DNA of 64,000 nt from Gemmatimonas sp. (GTDB lineage: Bacteria; Gemmatimonadota; Gemmatimonadetes; Gemmatimonadales; Gemmatimonadaceae), in NCBI GenBank assembly GCA_965279375.1, contig OZ257156.1, positions 288,001 through 352,000 of the forward strand, in the 5' to 3' direction. Under the pieces are notes generated by a model. It was not told where the DNA came from, did no database searches, and was given only the letters and a program-made list of their open reading frames with translations. Each line of letters opens with the position of its first letter. Within the stretch, counting starts at the first letter, position 1. The position numbers and the translations under genes are program-made. Shown here one piece after another: positions 40,433 to 48,993 of this stretch.

Positions 40433-42799
40433 CTATCCGACGAGACGCAGCTCCGGCGCCATCACGTTGCGCTCGGATCGCAGATACTCCATCACAAGAT
40501 CGGCGGCCATCGGGCGCGAAATGTAGAACCCCTGTGCTTGCGAACAGCCCAGCGTGGTGACCCACGCCAACGCCTCCTCGGTCTCCACCCCTTCGGCGGT
40601 GGTCTCCAATCCCAGCTTGGTGGCCAGGCTGGCGACCGCTTCGATGATGGCGCCGCGATGCGCGATCGACGCACCGCCACTCACGAACGAACGATCGATC
40701 TTGATCTTGCTCACTGGGTATCGCGTGAGGTAGTTGAGCGACGAGAAACCAATCCCGAAATCATCGAGGGCGACGCCGACGCCGAGCGCGCGCATGTCAG
40801 CGAGAAAGCGCACAGTGCTCTCCTCGTGCGAGAGGAGCAACGCCTCGGTGATCTCGAGCTCGAGACGACGTGCAGGCAATCCCGCTGCCTCGAACGCCTC
40901 CACGACGGTGTGCTTGAGCGTCGCGCGGCCAAGTTGTGCCGGCGAGAGGTTGACCGCGATGCGGATGTGCTCCGGCCACTGCGCGGCGTCCTTGCATGCG
41001 TTGCGCAACACCCAGTCACCCAATGGACCAATCATTCCGCTCGACTCGGCGAGCCCAATGAAGCGATCGGGCGGCACGAGGCCGCGCTCGGGATGACGCC
41101 AGCGTACGAGCGCCTCGAACGCGACCGTGCGACCTGAGCGTGAATCGATGATGGGTTGGTAGTGCAGCACAAACTGCTCGAGCTCCACCGCTGAACGCAG
41201 GTCTTCCTTGAGCGAGTGCTGCTCCTCGGATTCGCGACGCATCGCTCGTGAGTAACGCGTGACCGATCCGCGGGCGGTGTCCTTGGAGCGATAGAGTGCG
41301 AGGTCGGCATTGCCCATGATCTCGTCCACGTACTCACCGTCATCGAGCCCGACAGCCAGACCAACGGACGCACCGATGCGCACGCGCGTGCCGCGCACGT
41401 CGTATTCGCGGGAGATCGCGGCGATCACCTCCTCCGCCAACGCCTGTACGTCGCTCACATCATCGTTGCCGCGGAAGAGCAGTCCGAACTCGTCGCCACC
41501 GAGGCGACCGGCAAGAAGCCCGCGCTCCGCAAACCCCGTCAGCGTCGCAGCCACTTCGCGCAGCACCAGGTCGCCCGCCGCATGTCCGAGCCCGTCGTTG
41601 ACGGCCTTGAAGTGATCGAGGTCGAGGCAGCCGATCGAGAGCGGCGGCCCACCCGCGCGTGCGACCAGCAGCGCCTCCGAAGCACGATCGCGGAAGGCGG
41701 CGCGATTGGGCAGACCGGTGAGGATGTCCGTCCGCGCCATCCACGCGATTTCGTCCTGCGCGAGCTTCACATCCGTGGTGTCGGAACCAACGCCGCGCCA
41801 TCCCGTGAGCTGCTCGCCGTCACGATGAATCGGCGTGGCACTGATGGACCACCAGCGCACACCGCTCGAGGTAACTGCCGCCACTTGCAGGTCGCGGAAG
41901 GGACGTCGCGCATCCACGCGCGCCTGCACTGCCGTGCGACTGGGGACGTCGAGTAGGTCGAGGAAGCAGCGCCCCGTCAGTTCGGAGTCAGGGCGCTCCG
42001 ATACCTGCGCGAACCGCGCCGAATGACCGACAATGCACAATTCGCCGTCGAGTTCAAACAACCAGTCGGAGCCGTTCTCCTCGAATTCCGCGAGCAGCAT
42101 GGCGATCACCTGCCCGCGCACCTCCAGATCGGCTTCGGCGCGGAATCGCTCGACGAAGAGATTGGCGGTGCTGATGGCGCTCTTCCACACGACGGCGGTG
42201 TACGCGGCCAGCAGCAGCGAGAGGATGATGCGGTAGCTGACGTCGGACTGCAGAACTCCCGCCAGCGTGCCGGCTACGAGCACGGTGACATACGCGGTCG
42301 CGGCCTCGGGAACGGTCGCCATGGCGAAGCCGCCTGCACAAATCATCCCGGTAATGACCGTGCCGAGGACCAGCTGCTCCTGCGCACCCGCGCCGGGAAA
42401 CCAGACGGCAGGAACGATCGCCCAGACGGCCGAGAGCAGTCCAGCGTGCAGTGCGGCGCGACGGATCGCGCGCTTGGATGCGGTCGCGCGCGCGGGCCCT
42501 CGGCGGGTTCGCGCCCACGCCCGCACACCCATGAGCACCATGACGCCGAGCGTGGCACACCACGCCGCGAGTCCAATCGGATCGGCCGTCCCGCGAAGGC
42601 TGTGTGCCACCAGCGCCGCGTTGGCGAGGTTCACCAGCATCGTCAGCGGCGTGAACCGCAACAGTGCTTTGAGCTGCCCCGCGCGGGTGCGCGCATCGGT
42701 CAACGCCGCGTCGGAGGGGAGCTGGTGTGGCCCGCCTTCGATTGTGGTACGTGCTAGGGCCTGAGCTTTTGTGGCACCCGGGGTGAGTCGCGACGGCAT
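40433..42799 (-). CDS. Membrane PAS-GGDEF-EAL c-di-GMP enzyme
   Basis: TM region, PAS (WRGVGSD), LTGLPNR, RLGGDEF, FEALVRW, ALDDFGIGFSSL, KIDRSF, AEGVE. Confidence 0.93.
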   Translation of the reverse strand: MPSRLTPGATKAQALARTTIEGGPHQLPSDAALTDARTRAGQLKALLRFTPLTMLVNLANAALVAHSLRGTADPIGLAAWCATLGVMVLMGVRAWARTRRGPARATASKRAIRRAALHAGLLSAVWAIVPAVWFPGAGAQEQLVLGTVITGMICAGGFAMATVPEAATAYVTVLVAGTLAGVLQSDVSYRIILSLLLAAYTAVVWKSAISTANLFVERFRAEADLEVRGQVIAMLLAEFEENGSDWLFELDGELCIVGHSARFAQVSERPDSELTGRCFLDLLDVPSRTAVQARVDARRPFRDLQVAAVTSSGVRWWSISATPIHRDGEQLTGWRGVGSDTTDVKLAQDEIAWMARTDILTGLPNRAAFRDRASEALLVARAGGPPLSIGCLDLDHFKAVNDGLGHAAGDLVLREVAATLTGFAERGLLAGRLGGDEFGLLFRGNDDVSDVQALAEEVIAAISREYDVRGTRVRIGASVGLAVGLDDGEYVDEIMGNADLALYRSKDTARGSVTRYSRAMRRESEEQHSLKEDLRSAVELEQFVLHYQPIIDSRSGRTVAFEALVRWRHPERGLVPPDRFIGLAESSGMIGPLGDWVLRNACKDAAQWPEHIRIAVNLSPAQLGRATLKHTVVEAFEAAGLPARRLELEITEALLLSHEESTVRFLADMRALGVGVALDDFGIGFSSLNYLTRYPVSKIKIDRSFVSGGASIAHRGAIIEAVASLATKLGLETTAEGVETEEALAWVTTLGCSQAQGFYISRPMAADLVMEYLRSERNVMAPELRLVG

Positions 42800-43015
42800 G
42801 CGGGGAGCATCGGCAAAGCCACGCTGCGACTTGAGGGACGAAATCGGCTTGCGCGCGACGCTCGGCGATCGGCCACGAGGGGGATCTCATCGTCGGCGGG
42901 CCGTGGGTGGTGTCGGAGCGGCCGCCGTCCCATCTTCGGACGAGGATCGATACGCGATGAGCCGCGATCCAATTCCGCCGATCTACGATCGCACGCCCCA
43001 TTTCTCTTCCTGATC

Positions 43016-44158
43016 ATGTCCGGCTTCGCTGAACTCGCCCGTGCTGCCCATCTCGCGCTCGAGGCGCGCCCGGCCGTGCCGCTTGCACTGGCCACGCTGG
43101 TCGAGGTGGAGGGTTCGTCCTATCGGCAGCCCGGGGCGCGCCTGCTGGTGGACGCGGAAAGCCGCGTGTTGGCCGGCGCGATCAGCGGAGGATGTCTGGA
43201 GGGCGACGTGGCCGCGCACGCGGCCGAGGTCTGCGCGACCGGTCGCGCCATCGCGTTGCGCTACGATCTGCGCGCGGACCTCGAGACGATCTGGGGCTTC
43301 GGCGCCGCCTGCGACGGCATCGCGCATCTGGTGCTGGAGCCGCTGACCGATCCGTCGTTGCTGGCGCGCGCGGCTGCGGCGCGTTCCGCGCGGACCGGCG
43401 GCGCTCTGCTGACGACTCCCGATGGCACGGTCGCACTGCCGCTGTCCGACTCGGGCTTGGTCTCGCACTCTGCCTCGACGGAGTCTCGCGCGACGATGGC
43501 GTTCGACCTGTCGCGTGCGCTGCGCATCGCCGACGTGGCCCGACGTACCGGACGCGTACAGCGTGAGGTAGTGGACGGCGTCGGGTACGTCGTGGAGCCT
43601 TTGCTGCCGGTCGTGGCGTTGTATCTGGTGGGCGCCGGTCGCGGGGCGGAGGCGTTCGGCGTGATTGCACGAACGCTGGGGTGGGATGTGACCGTCATCG
43701 ACCACCGTGAGGCGATGCTCGAGACGCTCGCGCTCCCCGCCGAGGTGCGGCGCGTCTGTGCCCGAGCGGAGGATGGCGTGGCGCGGATCTCGGCGGACCG
43801 CCGAACGGCGGTCGCGCTTCTCTCGCACATTTTCGACGTAGACGCCTCCTGGCTGGCCGCGCTGCGCGACCTGCCGATCGGATACATCGGCGTGCTCGGC
43901 AGCCGGCAGCGCGCGGCGCGCCTGCGGGAGTTGGTGGACGCCGATGGCGCGACCGCCGGGCAGCGGGCGCCCATTCACGCACCCATCGGCCTGGACCTGG
44001 GCGGCGAGTCGCCCGAGTCGATCGCATTGTCGGCGATCGCCGAGATCGAGGCAGTGATGCATGGCCGACCGGGCGGCTTTCTGCGTGAGCGCGAGAGCCC
44101 GATCCACGGTCGTACTCCGACGCCGGGTGTGTCGCCCACGTCGTCGCCGACCGCATAG
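43016..44158 (+). CDS. xdhC: XdhC/CoxI-family Moco chaperone
   Basis: GSSYRQPGAR, ISGGCLE, G.ACDG, GYIGVLGS, HAPIGLDLGGESPESIALS. Confidence 0.9.
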   Translation: MSGFAELARAAHLALEARPAVPLALATLVEVEGSSYRQPGARLLVDAESRVLAGAISGGCLEGDVAAHAAEVCATGRAIALRYDLRADLETIWGFGAACDGIAHLVLEPLTDPSLLARAAAARSARTGGALLTTPDGTVALPLSDSGLVSHSASTESRATMAFDLSRALRIADVARRTGRVQREVVDGVGYVVEPLLPVVALYLVGAGRGAEAFGVIARTLGWDVTVIDHREAMLETLALPAEVRRVCARAEDGVARISADRRTAVALLSHIFDVDASWLAALRDLPIGYIGVLGSRQRAARLRELVDADGATAGQRAPIHAPIGLDLGGESPESIALSAIAEIEAVMHGRPGGFLRERESPIHGRTPTPGVSPTSSPTA

Positions 44159-44161
44159 CCT

Positions 44162-45349
44162 GTGGCCGCGGCGATCGCGGGGTTGCTGCTGGCTGCGGGT
44201 TCGTCGCACCGGCTCGGTGAGTCCAAGCAGCTGCTACGCGATGAGGCGGGGGAGTCGCTGGTCGCGCGTGGCGCACGGTTACTTCTCGAGGCGGGGTGCG
44301 CGCCCGTCGTGGTGGTGGTAGGTGCGAATGGCGCGGCGGTGCGCGCGGCGCTGGTTCACCTTCCTGTGTGCGTGGTGGAAAATGCGGAGCACGCCCGCGG
44401 GATGGGTTCGTCGATCGCCTGCGGGGTGCTCTGGCTGGCCGCCAATTCGGCCGAGTCGCGCGGAGTTCTGATCGCGGCCTGCGACATGCCAACGGTGGAC
44501 GTGGCGCACCTGTGTCGACTGATCGACCTGTCGGAGTTGGGCACGAAACGCGTCGCCAGCGAGTATGTGGCGCGCGAGAGTAACGATGATGCCGCTATGA
44601 TGCGTGGAATTCCGGCGGTGCTCGTTCGAGCGGACTGGTTGTGGTTGGAGAGACTGGATGGCGACCGCGGGGCGAAGCCACTGCTGATGGAAACGGGCAC
44701 CCTTACGGCGCGCCTCTTTCGGGGTATGTTCGATATCGACACGCCCGCCGACGTTGAGGCGTGGCGCGTCTCGCAGTCGCGTCTCTCTCCGCAGCACTCC
44801 CCACAGACTTCCACCACCCCACCGGAGCTAGCCATGGCCAGCCAACTCGCCCAAGGCGCCCTCGCCGATCTCGAACACGAAGTCGCCAACACCCGCCGCA
44901 TGCTCGAACGGATTCCCGCAGACCAGCTCGACTTCACGCCGCACGCGAAGTCATGGAAGCTCGGCAAGCTCGCCAACCACCTCTGCGACTTTCCGTGGTG
45001 GGGCGCCTACACGCTCAAGTCCACCGAGATCAACTTCGCGGACCCGATGCCGCCGCAGCCGCCTCAGCCCACGGACGCCGCCGGCTACCTCAAGCAGTTC
45101 GACGACCGCATGGACGAGTTCCGCGCGAACCTCGCCGCGGCAACCGACGCGGAGATGATGGAGACGTGGACGCTGCGCAACGGCGATCAGGTGCTGATGT
45201 CGATGCCGCGGATCGGCGTGCTACGTGGCATGGTCATCAGCCACATGATCCACCACCGCGCGCAGCTCACGATGTACTACCGCATGCTCGACGTGCCGGT
45301 GCCGGGGCTGTATGGTCCCAGCGCAGACGAACAACAGATCACGCACTGA
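44162..45349 (+). CDS. MocA-like nucleotidyltransferase fused in frame to a DinB domain (DinB ATG at 44834)
   Basis: LLAAGSSHRLGESKQLL, GMGSSI, CDMP, GDRGA, DIDTPAD; then PHAKSW.LG.LANH and HMIHHRAQL. Confidence 0.8.
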   Translation: MAAAIAGLLLAAGSSHRLGESKQLLRDEAGESLVARGARLLLEAGCAPVVVVVGANGAAVRAALVHLPVCVVENAEHARGMGSSIACGVLWLAANSAESRGVLIAACDMPTVDVAHLCRLIDLSELGTKRVASEYVARESNDDAAMMRGIPAVLVRADWLWLERLDGDRGAKPLLMETGTLTARLFRGMFDIDTPADVEAWRVSQSRLSPQHSPQTSTTPPELAMASQLAQGALADLEHEVANTRRMLERIPADQLDFTPHAKSWKLGKLANHLCDFPWWGAYTLKSTEINFADPMPPQPPQPTDAAGYLKQFDDRMDEFRANLAAATDAEMMETWTLRNGDQVLMSMPRIGVLRGMVISHMIHHRAQLTMYYRMLDVPVPGLYGPSADEQQITH

Positions 45350-45381
45350 TACGCACCATCTCGTCCTTTCGGAGCGCCGCG

Positions 45382-47481
45382 ATGACCCGCCCCACCTCAC
45401 GTGCACTGTCGAGGGCCGTCGTCGCGGCGCTCGTTGTATTCGCCTCGACGCCTCTCGCGGTTCGCGCACAGCGCGCGAGCGACGACGCGGTCGCGGCGAC
45501 GATCGCCGCGTGGCTGCACCTGGACGCGCCACCGGGCGGAGAGCAGCGGGCCATTGCCGCGTTGCGCACCACGCTCCCCAACTGGACAGCAGACGGCTTC
45601 GGCAATCTCGCGCGTACCGTTGGCAGCGGATCGCCACATCGCGTGGTGGCGTGCGCGATGGATGTCTCCGAATTCGTCGTCAGCGAGATCACCAATGACG
45701 GCTACGTGCGGCTGCACTCCACCGGCACGCCGGCGCATCAGCTCTGGTCGCAGTTTCACGAAGCGCAGCAGGTGCGGATCCTGACGCCCAAAGGCGACGT
45801 ACCCGCTGTGGTGGGCGTCGCGAACGGCCACTTCGCACGTCAGCATCGCGGCGATACCGCCGTTGTAAGCGTCGATCAGCTCTGGGTGGATTTGGGCGTG
45901 TCGTCGCGCGCGCAGGTGGCGCAGCTGGGCGTGTCGTTGCTCGATCCGGTGGTCGCCGATCGACCGCTCTGGACGTATGCCGGCCATGCGGCCGGTCCGG
46001 CGGCGGGGGCGCGCGCGGGATGCGCTGCGGTGGCGAGCGCGTCGCAGGCCACGATTGCGCGCGGTCGCACGACGTTCGTGCTCTCGACGCAGCGCAGCTT
46101 TGGTTGGGTGGGACTGGGTGCGGTGCTGGCGCGACTCGGGCCGATCAATCAGCTCACACTGTTCGATGAAGGGCGCGCCGCATCGGTTGCGACGACGGTA
46201 CCGGCGGCTAGACTGGGTGCGCTCCGCAAGGCGGGACTGGCGCGCGTTGTCACGCGCGACAGCGTTCGCGTGATCAGTCCGCGGGTGCGCTTTGCCGGAT
46301 CGCTGGTGGAGTCGGTGCACGCCTCGGAGGCCAAGGCGTTGTTCGCGGCCGCGCTTACCGCGGCGGGTGCGGATCCGTCTTACGACAAGTGGCTGACGCC
46401 TCCCACAGACACCACGCGATCGCGTGTCGCACGGCGCGATGGGTACGAGCAAGCCGAGAAGGTGTTCACGTCGCTGGCGGATCTTCCCGCCGTGCCCGGG
46501 CACGAATTCCGCGTGCGCGATGCGATCTCGGCGTTGCTGCCTGCGTGGGCCAAGAAGGTGGCGATGACCGACAGCGCAGGGAATCTCATCGTCGCGGTCG
46601 GACCTGAGCGCGACTCGGTGGCATTCATCGCACACATGGACGAGGTGTCATTCGAAGTCGAGGGGATCAACGCCGACGGCTCGGTGCGATTGGGACGTCG
46701 AGGCGGCGTGGTGGCCACGGCGTGGGAGGGACAGCCGGCGCTGCTGCACTTCGATCGCGACGCGAACGGGAACGTGGCCGAGTCGATCCGCGGGGCGTTC
46801 GTGCCACGCGACTCATCGCGCGTGAAGACGATCAGCGCGACGACGGCGATGACGGCATGGTTTGGTGTGGACTCCGCAACGTTGGTCTCGCGCGGCGTGC
46901 GCGTGGGAATGGGCGTGACGGCCTATAAACGCGCCACGCGACTCGGCGGCACGCGCGTGACAGGTCGCGGCAGCGATGACCGCACGGGCTCGACAGCGTT
47001 GCTGTTGGCGCTGCAGCGGATCAATCCGGCAACGCTGACGCATCGCGTGATTTTTGTGTGGTCGGTACGCGAGGAGGGCGGACTCAATGGCGCCGCCGCC
47101 TTTGGCGTGGAGCACGGACGCGGTCTGCGCCGCGTCTACAGCGTGGACACGTTCGTGAGTTCGGATACGCCACTCGAGCAGCCGATGTTTGCCTACGCCC
47201 CGCTCGGACGCGGCGCGGTGCTGCGCGGGCTCGACGACGGCTCGATTGTGCCGCCGGCGGAGCGAGATCGAATCCTGCGTATTGCGGCAGCGCAGGGGAT
47301 TCCGATCCAGGTGGGCACGACGCACGGCTCCACGGATGGCTCGGCGGTGGCGCCGTTTGGCGGACCGAACGTGGGGTTGTCGTGGCCGGGGAGGTATTCG
47401 CACTCGCCGGGTGAGGTGCTGGATCTGCGCGATGTCGATGCGCTGATCCGGTTGATTGCGGCCGTGGCGGTGGCGAAGTAG
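45382..47481 (+). CDS. Exported M42-family peptidase with two tandem domains
   Basis: C-half IAHMDEV, GSDDRTG, REEGG, SVD, YSHSPGE; N-half is a degenerate copy; signal peptide. Confidence 0.85.
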   Translation: MTRPTSRALSRAVVAALVVFASTPLAVRAQRASDDAVAATIAAWLHLDAPPGGEQRAIAALRTTLPNWTADGFGNLARTVGSGSPHRVVACAMDVSEFVVSEITNDGYVRLHSTGTPAHQLWSQFHEAQQVRILTPKGDVPAVVGVANGHFARQHRGDTAVVSVDQLWVDLGVSSRAQVAQLGVSLLDPVVADRPLWTYAGHAAGPAAGARAGCAAVASASQATIARGRTTFVLSTQRSFGWVGLGAVLARLGPINQLTLFDEGRAASVATTVPAARLGALRKAGLARVVTRDSVRVISPRVRFAGSLVESVHASEAKALFAAALTAAGADPSYDKWLTPPTDTTRSRVARRDGYEQAEKVFTSLADLPAVPGHEFRVRDAISALLPAWAKKVAMTDSAGNLIVAVGPERDSVAFIAHMDEVSFEVEGINADGSVRLGRRGGVVATAWEGQPALLHFDRDANGNVAESIRGAFVPRDSSRVKTISATTAMTAWFGVDSATLVSRGVRVGMGVTAYKRATRLGGTRVTGRGSDDRTGSTALLLALQRINPATLTHRVIFVWSVREEGGLNGAAAFGVEHGRGLRRVYSVDTFVSSDTPLEQPMFAYAPLGRGAVLRGLDDGSIVPPAERDRILRIAAAQGIPIQVGTTHGSTDGSAVAPFGGPNVGLSWPGRYSHSPGEVLDLRDVDALIRLIAAVAVAK

Positions 47482-47514
47482 CAGCTGTCTCCCCGCCGGA
47501 TCAGTCGTTTCGGT

Positions 47515-47765
47515 TAACCGGACACGCCGTTCGCTCCACTCAAGACTGACCACCCACCACTCGGTACCCGGAACAGAGCAGTGTCAGAGTGGCGGCAGGG
47601 CGCAGTCGCCAGTCCCCAGTTCAGAGTTTTTCACGCAGATCAGGCGGGATCGAGGACCGCCAACCCGACACCACCCTGTCGCGGGTCTCGGGTGGTGAGT
47701 GGCGGGAGATCAGTGGAGCGAACGGCGTGACCGGTTACCAACGGCGAACGGCGTGACCGGTTACC
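47515..47765. repeat. Long inverted-repeat element with duplicated right arm
   Basis: 47515-47540 vs 47712-47737 inverted at 25/26; direct copy of GCGAACGGCGTGACCGGTTACC at 47718 and 47744. Confidence 0.8.
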
Positions 47766-47801
47766 TGATCTCTCAACCCGCAACCGGCCACCGAAATGAA
47801 G

Positions 47802-47832
47802 CGCCCGGCCGTCGAAGCTCGACGGCCGGGCG
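47802..47832 (-). terminator. Intrinsic terminator-like hairpin
   Basis: Perfect 14-bp stem CGCCCGGCCGTCGA-AGC-TCGACGGCCGGGCG about 20 bp after the Spy-like gene stop. Confidence 0.7.
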
Positions 47833-47853
47833 GGAGACTTCACTCGACTTCGC

Positions 47854-48681
47854 TTACCGGTTGTTCAACGAATCGCTCGGCGGCACCGGCGCGCGCCGCT
47901 CGATCACCACGTCCTGCTCGATGACGCGTCCCCGCCGGCCCATGGCGGGCTGCATCCGATCAGGTCCGTTCGGCCCCATCATGCCGGGACCGTTGCCACC
48001 ACCCATGCCGGGGCGACCACCCGGGCCGAAGCCCTGCCCCATCCCAGGGCCGCCCTGCATGCGCATGCGCTGCGACATGCCCTGCCGCATTCCCTTGCGC
48101 ATGCCTTGACGCATCCGGCCTCGCATCATGCCCCGCATGTTGTCGAGCTTCGCCTTCTGCGCGGCGGTAAGCACGCTGCGCACATCCTGACGTGCCTTCA
48201 ATCGTGTGATTGCCTCGTCGTTGCGCAAGCGGCTCATCTTGTCCAACGCCGCACGTGCCTTCGTCAGATCGCCATCGCCCTTGGTCGCTTCGATCATGTC
48301 CGCGCGAACGCGCAGCATCTCGGCTTCGTTGGGCTGTACGCGCGGTGCCGCCTGCAACGCCTCCAACTTCTTGACCTGATCGGGCGTGAGTTCCAGGCGA
48401 TCCTTGGCGGCGAGAAGCATGCCGGCCGGTCCACGGCCCATCATGTCGCGACGCGGACCGCCGCGGCCGTCGGGGCCAGCCACGTCTGGACCGCGCCCTG
48501 GACCGTTCTGACCGCCCGCTCCGCGTCCGCCGCGCGGCGGGCGGGCGTCGCGACTGACCTGCGGGGCACCTGCGGGAGCGGCGCCGGCAGAAGGGCGCGG
48601 CTGCGGCTGCTGTGCGAACGAGAGAGAGCTGGTGAGAGCGCTGGCCAGCAGCGCGGCGGTGTAGTAGCGGATCTGTCGCAT
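47854..48681 (-). CDS. Spy/CpxP-like periplasmic protein (LTXXQ)
   Basis: Signal peptide; LELTPDQ and VLTAAQKAKL motifs; Gly/Met/Arg-rich tails. Confidence 0.8.
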   Translation of the reverse strand: MRQIRYYTAALLASALTSSLSFAQQPQPRPSAGAAPAGAPQVSRDARPPRGGRGAGGQNGPGRGPDVAGPDGRGGPRRDMMGRGPAGMLLAAKDRLELTPDQVKKLEALQAAPRVQPNEAEMLRVRADMIEATKGDGDLTKARAALDKMSRLRNDEAITRLKARQDVRSVLTAAQKAKLDNMRGMMRGRMRQGMRKGMRQGMSQRMRMQGGPGMGQGFGPGGRPGMGGGNGPGMMGPNGPDRMQPAMGRRGRVIEQDVVIERRAPVPPSDSLNNR

Positions 48682-48993
48682 GGGAACCGTCCTGTGTGTG
48701 TGGCGCGACCGCCTGAATGGGCGTGCGCTGCATCGTGTTCACCGGGTTGGACGCTGCGGCGGTCGCGGCGTTAAGGGATGACTCTGCAACACGATTCGAG
48801 GGCGCTGCCCCATGTCATCCCCGAACCCTGCCGGTCGGCCCACCTTGGTCCCGGCATCCCAACGCCGAAGCCGGGAACCGCGTCACGGGGTAGACGCCTT
48901 GTGTGCCGAGGTGCACTCTCGTCGTCCGCCCCGGAATTCGAGTTCGATCCGGTTCCGCCTTTCTCCACGCTTCGCACGACGCCTCTGGACTCC

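Noticed and set aside
42771..43013. 80-aa ORF ending just before xdhC
   Set aside because: Could be a gene remnant, but no recognisable motif
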